64,000 nucleotides of DNA from Octopus sinensis (lineage: Eukaryota), in contig NC_043000.1 of assembly GCF_006345805.1 (NCBI RefSeq), forward strand, positions 148,428,001 to 148,492,000. Direction: 5' to 3'. Every line of letters begins with the position of its first letter. The first letter of the stretch is position 1. Under the pieces are notes generated by a model. That model saw only the letters and a program-made list of their open reading frames with translations. It searched no databases and was not told where the DNA came from. Below, in pieces: positions 12,089 through 25,116 of the stretch. The translations under genes and the position numbers were made by a program.

Positions 12089-14519
12089 GTATGTATGCAA
12101 GCACGAGATGCTGTCTTTGTGTGATCAAGTCGAGAAAGAAAGGTGAATGTCGATGCGAATTGTGATAGAATCATCTTTTGACTACTTGGTTGGGAGCTAG
12201 ACCATAATCAAAGTGGCCTCTGATGAGAAACCTGAATCAAAGCTAATTTATAGCAAAAATAAAGAAATGTTTCATAATGTTTTGTTTGCATTTTAAGTGT
12301 AATTACAGCAAACAGAAATAGGTCTTTGAAATTAACCAATAATTTATCACAGCCAACCCAGAATATTACATGAATAAATGTCGATAGAGCATGCTTACCT
12401 GTCTGAGTAAGCAGTTTATTACTTACAGTTATTATATTTGTAAATATGGTATTTTGGACTCAAGACAACGTCTTATCTAGATAGAAATGTTGTAGGTTTG
12501 ATTCTAAGAGAGAGATGATCTGCTACAAGGGTAAGAATATTTCTACTAGTTTAGGATACCTGAAAAGATCGTCGGTGCAGGTCCTCTTCATTGACTTTTT
12601 ATATAGACACAAAGAGACATAATTTTTTGTGAGGTGGGAGAGGATGAAAATTTTTGATGGGAAGAAGGATAAGTTAAAATTTTGACGAAGTAAATACCGC
12701 AAGTGTTTTTTTGTTTTTTTTATCACTCTAACTGTTTCTGTCAATCCACCAACCTTTCGATGACTAAATATTGATTTCAAACATAGGCACAAGACCGCAC
12801 ATTTGATGTGTAGCGTTATTAACTCGCCCTTAGTACTTGCGACCTCAGCTGGAGTTGAACTCAGAGTCGTAAATATCATAGTTTCTCCGACACTCAAAGG
12901 TTTATGCCAATATGTTGCCCTCTATCAGGAGATAAAATTGATTTAATTAACATGTGTACTGACCCGAGCAGATAAGGACAGACGCAGGTAACTCGAGTGT
13001 TATTTGAGCTCAAAACGTACTGCAAGGAAACTATCTTATCCAGTTTTCTATTGTTTCTGCCACTCCACAACCTTGATGTGTTGTAAAATAATGAATTTCG
13101 ACATAAACAGGAAGTCTCAGATATGTTAGAGAAGAGGAGATTTCCTATTATGACGTTTAATGAATTTCATACAGCAAGTCAGAAGAAGTAATTCAATTAC
13201 TGATTTGGTGAGCTAAGTATGAACTTAACCACTGCTGATTTATGAGTGTCTATTTCAATAAAATATAAGGGCGAAAGCCATATTTAAAGTCTGAAGCAAA
13301 GAAGTAAAGCAAGTCTGGTGTAAGACGTCAAGGTTTTTGTTGTTTTGTCCCGCTGATGTTGTTTCAGTCTATTCTGTCTCTTCTGTGGAGGTTGAAACTA
13401 GCAGATTTGAAACCGAATCGCTGGATACCCGAGTAGACATCATGGCTAAGCTACTGTCATTTCACGTGATCGGCTGATTAACCGACAAAATCAGTGTTGA
13501 ACCATTGCGTAACTTAGAACTTTTTCGTTGAGCCGTATATATAATGGATGTGTTTTAGCGACAATTCTAGAATGTTGAAGAAGCTGCTTGACGTCTCCAT
13601 TTTCACGGCAATTAGAATACACAGATTTCGTTGTCATGAATATGGCATGATTATTTTTCCAGTTTGGATGGGCTAGCCGTAATTGACATACCTGTTAAAT
13701 TACCGTAGACCCCAGTAGTATGTCTCGCCTGACATGAAATTGTCGCAGGTATTTTTCATTAAAGACCGACAGAGAAAATACTATGTGCAGTAAATAAAAC
13801 TCCTGTTAATTGTTCTTAAGTGTTGTTAATCATTTTTACACGCAGACATAGAAATACATTTACGTTTTCTATCAACATCAAATATCAAACGATACCTCAC
13901 GATAAACCAAATCTTGCGAGTGAAATTAGATAGATGGAACTGTACGGAGGCACTTTGGATGGGTCGGACCTGTAAATCAAAGCACCAGCTTTGTCAAACA
14001 CGAAGCCACGTTGATTGTGTTTGTGGATTACATTAAAAGTACAAATGTCTGCGGAATACTATTTAGCTATTTATGTCATAAATATTTCACTGAATGGTAA
14101 AGGAGACCGATGATTAAAGGCATTCCAGCCATGACCATTCCCTCATGTTTGGGGCGTGTAGGGCTACATTCTCTAATGTAGCAATTCATTTCCTAAGAAA
14201 TCAGGGTGTGATCTGAGAGGGATTCGGCTAATATTTCTTGCAGATCGAGAGACCACATAGAGGTTCTACCATTGGTCGGAGATGTCTAGGTTTTGAATGG
14301 GTGTTGCATGCAGTAGACGGTTAAGGACGAATAAAAGATGGTAATATCAGCATCAGACTGCATTGTTAAAACTGATATCGAGGTCACTACTATACAGAAA
14401 AAAATAGTGTGGGGGGGAAAAAACCAAACCCCAGTGGCATGGCTAGAGTGTGTACCAGCCTGGGAAGTCCTTCAGTTTGCGCCCCACCCTATGGCACTCC
14501 AAGCCTATACAGGCTTATA

Positions 14520-14722
14520 CAGCAGATCCAAAAGTGCCGCTACCATAAAAGCGTTGCCTGGAGTGGAGCGCCCCTTACCCACTTTAGCTACTCTACTACC
14601 AAACCCTGAGAACGGATCGCTATTGCACAGTGCCAAAAACCCAAGCAATGCCATCACGCTTCAGGACCAGTTACTGCACCAGCCTGGGTTTCAGGGGTCC
14701 ACAGCTTTTTAATATTCTGTCA
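14520..14722 (+). mobile_element. CR1-like LINE 3' fragment
   Basis: A frame not in the ORF track reads RTDRYCTVPKTQAMPSRFRTSYCTSLGFRGPQLFNIL, resembling the C-terminal GPxLFN motif also seen at 59800-60140. Confidence 0.7.
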
Positions 14723-14802
14723 AATGGGAAGAATGAATTAAGTATAATGAAAATGAAATGAAGCTGTTCGACCCCACCCCCGAGCGACTTCATTGAACCT
14801 GT

Positions 14803-15550
14803 TACTCTTTTACTCTTTTACTTGTTTCAGTCATTTGACTGCGGCCATGCTGGAGCACCGCCTTTAGTCGAGCAAATCGACTCCGGGACTTATTCTTTGT
14901 AAGTCCAGTACTTATTCTGTCGGTCTCTTTTGCCGAACCGCTAAGTGACGGGGACGTAAACACACCAGCATCGGTTGTCAAGCAATGCTAGGGGACAAAC
15001 ACAGACACACATACATACACACACACATATATATATATATATATGGCAGTTTGTCTGTCTGTTTGTCTGTGTGGCTGTCAGGTTGTACCTTCACACTGAC
15101 CACGGCTTTCAGCCGATTCTGATGAAACTTGACACACACATAGCCTAATGTCATAATTCAAAACTAACGCAGCGAAAATTTTGAAAAGTTTCCCCAGTTC
15201 TGAAAAAATCGATAAATTCGACATGGGGTCGAGAATCTAAGCTTTTTATATGCAACACATTTTCTGTCGGGAGACAGCTAGGAACATCGTATACATAGAA
15301 GTATTCGAGTGAAGAGAATACATTGCAACCTACACATGCGCCTTCGTTCCCTAGAGGGAAAGAACTAGATTGGGATTAGTCGTTGCCTACTAGGGACTCT
15401 TACATACCCGGGCAACGCCGGGCTATGCTGCTAGTATATATATATACATATATACGACAGGCTTCTTTCAGTTTCCGTCTACCAAATCCACTCACAAGGC
15501 ATTGGTCGGCCCGGGGCTATAGCAGAAGTCACTTGCCCAAGATGCCACGC
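14803..15550 (-). mobile_element. OK-type SINE split by a Helitron
   Basis: SINE halves at 14803-15040 and 15436-15550. Confidence 0.88.
15045..15434 (+). mobile_element. Non-autonomous Helitron nested in the SINE microsatellite
   Basis: 3' hairpin CCCGG-GCAACG-CCGGG followed by CTAG|T at 15431-15435. Confidence 0.8.
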
Positions 15551-15933
15551 CCTAACATTTATCTTCCACTCAGACCCAAACACACCGCCGTTCCATCAAC
15601 GCCTTCGACTTAAAAAAAAAATTTTTTTTACCTATTCTATGTGTTAACCTAAATTGTAAGAAATGAACGATCATGATCGTTGGAAGAGTTGTTTGTCTGA
15701 AGAAATTGTTCGGTCTGCAAATTATTACAGTTTCTCGTGACTAGGACATATTTTACCAAAAAAAAAAAAAAAAAATTTCACTTTCGAATCTTTAAATTTA
15801 CATTTGTCTCAAATACTTCCTGTATTCATTCCCGATGTCTAATTTTTCTTATCCACGCAAACTTTTACCATAAACCCGCCACAGCTTTTATTTCTTCTTT
15901 CTTTTCTATACTGTTTCGTTCACACTAAAACAT

Positions 15934-16450
15934 CCCCTCTCTCTCTCTCTCTTTCTCTCTCTCTCCCTCTCTCTCTCTTTCTCTTTCTCTCTTTCTCTCT
16001 CTCTCTTTCTCTCCTTCTCTCTCTTTCCCTGTCTAGTTCTCTCTCTCTCTCTGTTTTTTTCTCTCGTTCTCTTTGTCTCTTTCTCTCTCTCTCTTTCTCT
16101 CTTTCTCTCTTTCTCTCCTTCTCTCTCTCCCTGTCTAGTTCTCTCTCTTTCTCTCACATTCTTCCTTCTCTCTGTTTCTCTGTGTTTGTGTCTCTTCCTC
16201 TCTCTATCTTCCTCTCTATATATTCTTCTCTACCCTCTCTCGTTCTCTCTCCCCCTCTTTCTTTCTCTCTCTCCTCCTCTCTCGTTCTCTCTCTCCCCTA
16301 TCTCATTCTCTCTCTCCCCATCTCTCTCACTCACACATTCTCTTTCTCTCTCTGTCTCTCCTACTCGTTCTCTTTCTTCTCTTCACCCCCTCTCTCTCTC
16401 TCAAATTTTCTACCTCTCTCTCTCTCTCTCTCTCTCACACATACACACAC
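15934..16450. repeat. (CT)-rich polypyrimidine low-complexity tract
   Basis: Read directly; it produces the RE-rich and SL-rich pseudo-ORFs. Confidence 0.95.
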
Positions 16451-16791
16451 CTCCTTCACAACCATCACTCTTTCATAATTACCGTCTCTCCCCGCACTCA
16501 CACTCTTATTACAATCTCACGCACACGCACACACTCGACTTCACACTATACTTCAAAGAAAAAAAAATTCAGTCTTTCTCTATTTTTTTTATCTCTTCCT
16601 CTCAATGCTCGGATTTTATTTCCGGCGAAAACAATTTGCAATTCTATTCAAAGCGACAAATGGCCGACAGACTCACTTTCAGAATGTATTTAATTTTATT
16701 GCCTTTACTTTTATCTTGTATTTAGTACTATTACTACATTACCACGTTTTTAATTAGCCTATATGTGTGTGCATGCGTGTGTTTATGTGTA

Positions 16792-16836
<45 letters not shown>

Positions 16837-16868
16837 TTTATTTTAAGCAGCAGAAAATTCAACAAAAT

Positions 16869-16905
16869 CTGTTACTCTGAGTTTCTCGTTGCCGTTCATC
16901 AACAG
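16869..16905 (-). ncRNA. Minimal hammerhead motif, C3 deleted
   Basis: CTGT | TGATGA | A CG GCAA CG A | GAAAC TCAGA GT A | ACAG. Confidence 0.7.
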
Positions 16906-16916
16906 TTTTTGCTAAA

Positions 16917-16953
16917 CTGTCTGAAGAACGGCAACGAGAACTCAGAGTAACAG
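16917..16953 (+). ncRNA. Minimal hammerhead motif, one A missing from GAAA
   Basis: CTGT | CTGAAGA | A CG GCAA CG A | GAAC TCAGA GT A | ACAG. Confidence 0.7.
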
Positions 16954-17111
16954 ATTTTGTTGAATTTTCTGCTGCTTAAAATAAGCATATTACTCTACCA
17001 CTGGTATTTGAGTACTCTTTTTTCCACCTTGTTTCACATTTATGTGTTTACTCCGGTATATATATATATATATATATACTTTATTTAAAGCAGCAGAAAA
17101 TTCAACAAAAC

Positions 17112-17149
17112 CTGTTACTCTGGGTTTCACGTTCCCGTTCGCCGGACAG
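17112..17149 (-). ncRNA. Degenerate minimal hammerhead motif, third copy
   Basis: CTGT | CCGGCGA | ACG GGAA CGT | GAAAC CCAGA GT A | ACAG. Confidence 0.6.
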
Positions 17150-17160
17150 TCTTTACTCCG

Positions 17161-17246
<86 letters not shown>

Positions 17247-17258
17247 GTAGATAGATAG

Positions 17259-17293
<35 letters not shown>

Positions 17294-17684
17294 TACATAT
17301 ACATGCATACACACATACATGTGTATGTGTGTATGTTTGTGTGTGTTTGCGTGTGTTTGTGTGAGTGTATATACCTGGCTCCATATATTTCGACTTATTC
17401 ATGTTATAAATCGTTTGAGAGTGACTCCTTAGTCAAACCTCGTAGCGTTGCTCTTACGCGCGTATTATAAATTGCTACGAATTATGACGAACGCTCATAG
17501 CAGCAGTTCGAAGAATCATTTCGTCAGTTGGCAAACGCGTTTGAAGCGACTTACACGGAAGCAACATTTATTTTGATGTGAAGGACGAGTATGTATCACG
17601 ATTACATATGATTCACCGGTCAAATCTCTTGTGTTCTATGAGTAAGTGTACTGCACGATGATATGACGCAAATAGATAGAGCTT

Positions 17685-17766
<82 letters not shown>

Positions 17767-18014
17767 GCACACACACACACACACACACACTCACGCACAC
17801 ACAAATGCTTAAGTATGTACGTATAGATATATTAATGCGTGTGTGTATGAGAGAGAGAGAGAGAGAGTTGTGTACGTATGTATATACTATTCACCTGTCT
17901 GAATAACCCATACACTCGAAGTACAGTCAATAGAATTTTTTTAAAGTCCCAGATAATATTTGAGTTGAGTCCAGTTAGTTTTCGCTCCTTTAAGGCTCAT
18001 TAAAGCACTTAAGC

Positions 18015-18411
18015 ATGTATACATACATACATACATACATACATACATACATACATACATACATACATACATGCATACATACATACATACATGCATGCAT
18101 ACATACATACATACATACATACATACATGCATGCATGCATGCATGCATACATACATACATACATACATACATACATACATGCATACATACATACATGCAT
18201 ACATGCATGCATGCATACATACATACATACATACATACATACATGCATGCATGCATACATACATACATACATACATACATACATACATACATGCATACAT
18301 ACATACATACAAACATACATACATACATACATACATACATGCATGCATGCATACATACATACATACATACATACATACATACATACATACATGCATACAT
18401 GCATGCATGCA

Positions 18412-18444
<33 letters not shown>

Positions 18445-19262
18445 GCATGCATGCATACATACATACATACATACATACATACACACATACATACATACAT
18501 GCATGCATACATGCATGCATGCATACATACATACATACATACATACATACATACATACATACATACATACATACATGCATGCATGCATGCATACATACAT
18601 ACATACATACATACATGCATGCATACATACATACATACATACATACATACATGCATACATGCATGCATACATACATACATACATACATACATACAAACAT
18701 ACATACATACATACATACATGCATGCATGCATACATACATAATACATACCTACACACTACATACATACATCCATGCAACATGCATGCATGCATACATAAT
18801 ACTACATACATACATACATACATAACATACATACATGCATGCATGCATGCATACATACATACATACATACATGCATGCATGCCATACATACATACATACA
18901 TACATACATACATACATGCATACATGCATGCATACATACATACATACATACATACATACACACATACATACATACATGCATGCATGCATACATACATACA
19001 TACATGCATGCATACATACATACATACATACATACATTCATGCATGCATGCATGCATGCATACATACATACATACATACAAACATACATACATACAAACA
19101 TACATACATACATACACACATGCATACATACATACATACATGCAGACATACATGCATGCATGCATACATACATACATACATACATACATACATACATACA
19201 TACATGCATGTGCTTGGTGTGTGTATGTGTGTGTGTGTGTGAGTAAGTGAGTGTGTGTGTGT
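18015..19262. repeat. About 1.2-kb (TACA)n/(TGCA)n tetranucleotide array
   Basis: Read directly; source of the MYVC/HTYI pseudo-ORFs. Confidence 0.97.
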
Positions 19263-19599
19263 ACATTCAATATAGTCAAACATACATAAGTACTTTCAGG
19301 TGCAATGTCTAACCCATTTCATTTCAATGCTTACCCTGTTCATTGAAGCAATACGTCATATTCATAAGCATTGCTCATATGAGATATTTATTTTAATGAT
19401 GACAGTCAAGGCCATACTGGAGTACCACTTTTAAAGAGGAAAATGCTCCACTTTTGTGTCGTCACTGCGGATATTCAGGGTTTTAATGTTCTAGTTGGGC
19501 TTTTGAATGTCTTTGGCATTTCTGGTTGGTTGGTGGGTCGACGAACCGCTTGTGTCTACTGCAATGTTCTAGCCGTATACTGATGGCCGACCTGATATT

Positions 19600-19898
19600 T
19601 TAGCGAGAAACGGAAGTTATATATCCTGTCGTGAAATAACGGATGAAGGTTCCGCAGTTTCTTGCTGAACAACCACAGAGAATAATTTGCTTATAGTGAT
19701 TACATAAGCTCACCCACTCCATCAAATCGGCATTGGCTGTACAGGTGCACAAGTGTGTCACACACTGGATGTTGAAATGATCGCTGGGCAACGTGAATTG
19801 AAATGTTATGCTCAAGAACACAACGCACCGCCCGGTCTGAGAATCGAAACCATGACCTCGCGATCGTGAGTGCAACATCCTAATCACTAGGTCATGCG

Positions 19899-19899
<1 letters not shown>
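19600..19899 (-). mobile_element. Diverged OR2-like SINE with a different tail
   Basis: The minus strand reads GGCGCATGACCTAGTGATTAGG...GGTTTCGATTCTC, then GTTGTGTTCTTGAGCATAACA (CORE-like). Confidence 0.65.
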
Positions 19900-19971
<72 letters not shown>

Positions 19972-20080
19972 CTGTGTGTGTGTGTGTGTGTGTGTGTTTG
20001 TGTGTGTGTCTGTGTGTCTGTGTGTGTCTGTGTCTGTGTGTGTGTGTCTGTGTCTGTGTGTGTGTGTGTGTGTTCGTGTC

Positions 20081-20111
<31 letters not shown>

Positions 20112-20112
20112 C

Positions 20113-20184
<72 letters not shown>
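19900..20184. repeat. (TG)n array with TC/TT variants
   Basis: Read directly. Confidence 0.97.
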
Positions 20185-20185
<1 letters not shown>

Positions 20186-20608
20186 TTGTTGACAGTAGAG
20201 ATCTGACGTAAAAGGTAGCAGTGGGCTGTTTGTATATTTATCAACAATGAGACTTGCTCATCATCCAATGACAACCAACTCTACCTGAAAGTTGTGAAAA
20301 CTCTGACACTCAGCTATTATCGCATAAATCTTTTGTAATCAAACTTATGAAATGAAGCTGATAAATCAATAGTATACTGGATCGATCACTACCTGAGTCA
20401 CCAATATCGTGGTGGCGGCCTCACTCTCTCAGCAACTGGGAAATCGACTTTATATTTGGCTCATGGAGTGTGAAAATACTGTCAAACAGAGGAGACCATG
20501 ATCGATAAGAGAGGTAAACTACACTCGTAACAATGGAATTAGATAGATGCAGCATCACAATAGTTGCTCCTTGCGAGACGAGGCTGCCAGAATATGTGAA
20601 TATTGTGA

Positions 20609-20991
20609 ATAGGCGCAGGAGTGGCTGTGTGGTAAGTAGCTTGCTAACCAACCACATGGTTCCGGGTTCAGTCCCACTGCGTGGCAGCTTGGGCAAGTGT
20701 CTTCCGCTATAGCCCCGGGCCGACCAATGCCTTGTGAGTGGATTTGGTGTGTGTGTGTGTGTGTTTGTGTGTCTGTGTTTGTCCCCCTAGCATCGCTTGA
20801 CAACCGATGCTGGTGTGTTTACGTCCCCGTCACTTAGCGGTTCGGCAAAACAGACCGATAGAATAAGTACTGGGCTCGCAAAAGAATAAGTCCCGGGGTT
20901 GATCTTCTCGACTAAAGGCGGTGCTCCAGCATGGCCGCAGTCAAAATGACTGAAACAAGTAAAAGAGTAAAAGAGTAAAGAGTAAAGAGTA
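20609..20991 (+). mobile_element. OK-type SINE
   Basis: Family match; lacks the segment before the internal microsatellite. Confidence 0.9.
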
Positions 20992-21129
20992 ATATGACGT
21001 ATGTATTTTTTTGGAGTGGGAAACTAGCATGGCAGAAGAACGTGTCTGGAGTTGACTCTCATTAAGTATGTCAACCAAAATAGATTAAGAACCAACTGCT
21101 TTGAGTGGCTGGATATCGTGTTTGAGAGG

Positions 21130-23085
21130 GTTTACAGAAAATGATTGCTATGACGCCGCAGCTTTGACATACTTTGATCAACCTAATGAAGCAATGAAGA
21201 GTTCTACAGTACAGTGCAAATAAACGTGTGTTAGTGTGATCGAGAAAGACAAACTGATACTAATGAGTGATTTTAATGCTCTCATTGGAAAAAAAGTAGA
21301 GAAGTGGCAAAACATGGTATGGAGAGATGCATCTCAAATATGCTCCGAGTGGGATCTCATCATAAGCGACTCCATCTTCCAACGGGGAATCAAAGGCCCT
21401 GGAAGCATCCGCGCTCGAAGCGTTGTCATCTTTTTGACTATATCATAACTAGGCAATAAGACAGAGATGTGCATATTAATGAGAGGGAAAACTGTAACAC
21501 AGGCTACCAAATATTTTGATCGAAGATAGCTTTCATGATAACCTTCAAACAAAACAACACCAGGTCTTCATGCTCATTAAACTGGCAGCAGAAAAGTTGG
21601 CAGATAGGAATATAGAGGTGATTTTGTTAAAAAAAAATATACGGCTGAGATTCCGGTATTATGGAAAATACAACGAAAACTAGACAGTTTGAATGCAATA
21701 TGGTTTTCGCTTCGCATCACACGGCTAAAACCGTGCTTAGTGAAGCAGCAAGGCAACACCAAAACTGGTTTGCTTGTAAGGATACTACTCTTGCTTCACT
21801 GTTAGAGCAACGCAATAAAGCTCGCCAACAAAGTTTGCAGGATCCCAACATTCGATCATACTTTGCTAAATTGAAAGAAACAAAGACTAAACAACAGCAT
21901 AACAGTGAAATGAAGTAGGAGTGGTATGAAAACAAAGCGATCAAATTACAAACTTCTAGTGTTGTCAGCAGAGATTCATCAAGGGGAAATGTAGCGAACA
22001 AAACAAAGCATTGTATGCGGTATTCATCGACATTGTGAACACATTGGGTCAGTGGCAGGTACTCAGAGATTTGGAGATCCAAAAAGGTTCATGTCTATGG
22101 AAGAGTCCTCACGCTGATGAACTCAGCATAGTTTGATATTGCTGTAGGAGTCAGAGCTGTATGCTAAACCGACATAGTTTATTCTTATCTCATTTTATTT
22201 GAGTCTGATATTCGAGGAGACATTCTGCAATTCAAATAGTGTGTACATACAGACAAGACCTGATAGTAACCTGTTTGAGGCGTCGGTCCTAAAGAGCAAG
22301 AGCATTCATATTTTAGCGGGTGACATGTTATTTGTTGATGACAGTACCATTGTCTACTATAGAGTACTGCACATGCAGAAGTTGTTAGACACTTTATACA
22401 TTACAATCGGAAATTTGACTCCGAAATTAACAACTGGAAACCTGAAGTCCTCTGTAAGCCAAGTTTTAATTCAAACCAAGTGACACAACCCGAACCCATC
22501 ACCGTTGCAAAGGAGGAGCTAGTTGAGGAAAACCACTTTATTTATCTAGGCAGTACACTCAGTAATGATAATAGGTTTAGGATCGAACTAGATTGCAGGA
22601 TGAGAAAAGCTAGTTCGACATTCGGAATATTGAGTGTCATAATATTATTCAGCTATTATTTGGATAGTAAGTAGAGACAATATACTGCAAAAAGGCAAAA
22701 ACACTGCATCTATTCCTGACGAAACACCTCAAACAAATTATGGACAACACATGCAGACACAATGTTAAAAATATTCTCATACTACGGTGAGTCAAGCTTC
22801 CAACTAGGGAAATGGTTTTGGTATGAGTAAAATTCACCTTGTTTGGGCCTGTCCAAAGGATGGAGGAAACTTTGTTGCCATCACATAATTGTCTGATAGC
22901 ACGACAAATTAGGGTAGACTCTAACTGTAAAACAAGGATAAGATCAAGTGTTACATGAAGAGATTTGAGATTGATACTAGCAACTAGCACACACAGCAGT
23001 TGATGACAGAAACTAGGGATCAATTCACTTCTGATACGACGACTAACAGATGGACAGTCATTGTTAACAAAAAACGTATTGCTTA
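21130..23085 (+). mobile_element. Heavily degenerate RTE-clade LINE (AP endonuclease and RT remnants)
   Basis: Fragments LILMSDFNALIG, DLIISDSIFQ, LFVDDSTIV and FIYLGSTLS...ELDCRMRKASSTFG. Many stops and frameshifts. Confidence 0.8.
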
Positions 23086-23190
23086 TGATGATATAATGAT
23101 GATATGATGGTACATTTATACATACATACATACATACATACATACATACATACATACATACATACATACATACATACATACATACATACA

Positions 23191-23857
23191 TTATGGCTGC
23201 CCCCTCGTTATCGAGTATGGCCATTGCACGAAGCTTAACTGTTACTGGTGCTGTGATCGAATGTGACTTTTTTGCTTTTTAAGGCTACAGCCAGCCATTC
23301 AGTTGAGACCCACAGCACTATCAACAATCATAAATTAGTTGATCACTTCAATCAATCCAATGTAGTAATCGTGCAATACCTGTGCAAGAAGATTTTTTTA
23401 AAGTGAGGAAAGCCTGTGCACTGAGTCAATCCCACTCACTAAGCAACAGCAGCCATAATCCGAAAAGAACAAGTCAACATCATCGGTAACCACTGAGCCG
23501 CAGGTTTTATGTCGGAGTTATCCCAGTTACTTGAGTTACCTTCTCCTAGAAGGATGCCCTTACAAAGGCTAAGAGTCCTTCACTCCCAATGGTTTAACCG
23601 CGCGATCGGGTATTCAGTCCGATTATTTCTATGTCCCCGCGCATGATACAGCCTTAAGACATTTATTGGATGGCCGTTAACTCTCAAGAGTTCCCCCGCC
23701 CTTTGACAGGTTTTGTTTTGCATCCCGCAGGGTGTCCAATAAACACCCTCCTCACCAAGCAAGCTTGGTGGGGTTACCGGTTTAGTCGCCGACGACCCGA
23801 CCATGCAACAGGTTGTACTGGGTTACATGTTACCAGTAGCACTCGAAAGTGACCTGA
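23191..23857 (-). mobile_element. ORF-less RTE-derived element (5' UTR joined to a 3' tail) in a (TACA)n site
   Basis: RTE-like UTR motif CATCCTTCTAGGAGAAGGTAACTC, 3' end GCCATACTCGATAACGAGGGGGCAGCCAT+(ATGT)n, (TACA)n on both sides. A partial second copy lies at 50352-50473. Confidence 0.65.
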
Positions 23858-23898
23858 CATACATACATACATACATACATACATACATACATGTATGT

Positions 23899-24215
23899 GA
23901 AGGCGCGTGGCTTAGTGGTTGGGATATTTGGCTTATAATCGTAAGGTCGTGAGTTCAATTCCCGGCGACGCGTTGTGTCCTTGAGCAAGACACTTTATTT
24001 TCACGTTGCTCCAGTCCACTCAGCTGGCAAAAATGAGTAGCACCTGTATTTCAAAGGGTCAGCCTAGTCACACTCTGTATCGCGCTGAATCTCCCTCAGA
24101 ACTGCGTTAAGGGTACACGTGTCTGTGAAATGCTCAACCACATGCACATTAATTTCACGAGCTGTTCCGTTGATCGTATCAGCTAGGACCCACGTCATTA
24201 CCGACGGAGTGCTCC
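23899..24215 (+). mobile_element. OR2-type tRNA-derived SINE
   Basis: Head GAAGGCGCGTGGCTTAGTGGTT...GAGTTCAATTCCC, GTGTCCTTGAGCAAGACAC core, and a tail shared with the OR1-type copies. Confidence 0.88.
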
Positions 24216-24751
24216 TATGTATACACATGTATGTATGTATGTATGTATGTATGTATGTATGTATGTATGTATGTATGTATGTATGTATGTATGTATGTAT
24301 GTATGTATGTATGTATGTATGTATGTATGTATGTATACACACACGCACATTTATGTATTTATGCATGCATCTCGGTATATATTTATTCCCACTTCAAACG
24401 TAGATGGTCTGTTAGAACAAACTATACTGCGGTAGACACCACGAATGAAACTCTCATATTGGCTTTTGGTACAAAATAAACTCTTGTTTATATCGCTAGA
24501 AAGGAGATAAATCCCCACCATTCCCAGTGCCGAAATCACCAGACATAAACCAAAAGCCAATAAGGGAGTTTCTCTCCTGGTAGCTACCGCAGTATAGTTT
24601 GTTCTAACAGAACATCTACGTTTAGTGGGGATAAATAATACCTCTCAGTGTTAATACTGCCTCTGTTGCTAACATATATATTTTAAACTAGGCATATATA
24701 TATATATATATATTTCATGGTATATATATATATATATATATATATATTTCA

Positions 24752-25116
24752 TGGTTAGGGCAGCGAACTCGCGGTCATAGGATCGCGGTTTCGATTCCCA
24801 GACCGAGCGTTGTGAGTGTTTATTGAGCGAAAACACCTATAGCTCCACGAGGCTCCGGCAGGGGATGGTGGTGATCCCTGCTGTACTCTTTCACCACAAC
24901 TTTCTCTCACTCTTACTTCCTGTTTCTGTTGTACCTGTATTTCAAAGGGCCGGCCTTGTCACTCTCTGTGTCACGCTGAATATCCCCGAGAACTACGTTA
25001 AGGGTACACGTGTCTGTGGAGTGCTCAGCCACTTACACGTTAATTTCACGAGCAGGCTGTTCCGTTGATTCGGATCAACCGGAACCCTCATCGTCGTAAC
25101 CGACGGAGTGCTTCCA
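24752..25116 (+). mobile_element. OR1-type SINE, slightly 5' truncated
   Basis: Near-identical to 9521-9904. Confidence 0.9.

Noticed and set aside
12220-12231. CTGATGA-GAAAC hammerhead-like string; also CTGATGAAAC at 15119-15128
   Set aside because: There is no stem II between the core halves, and no stem I or stem III pairing.
17941-19283. Long MYVC/HTYI ORFs, also at 55384-56581
   Set aside because: They are translations of (TACA)n/(TATG)n arrays.
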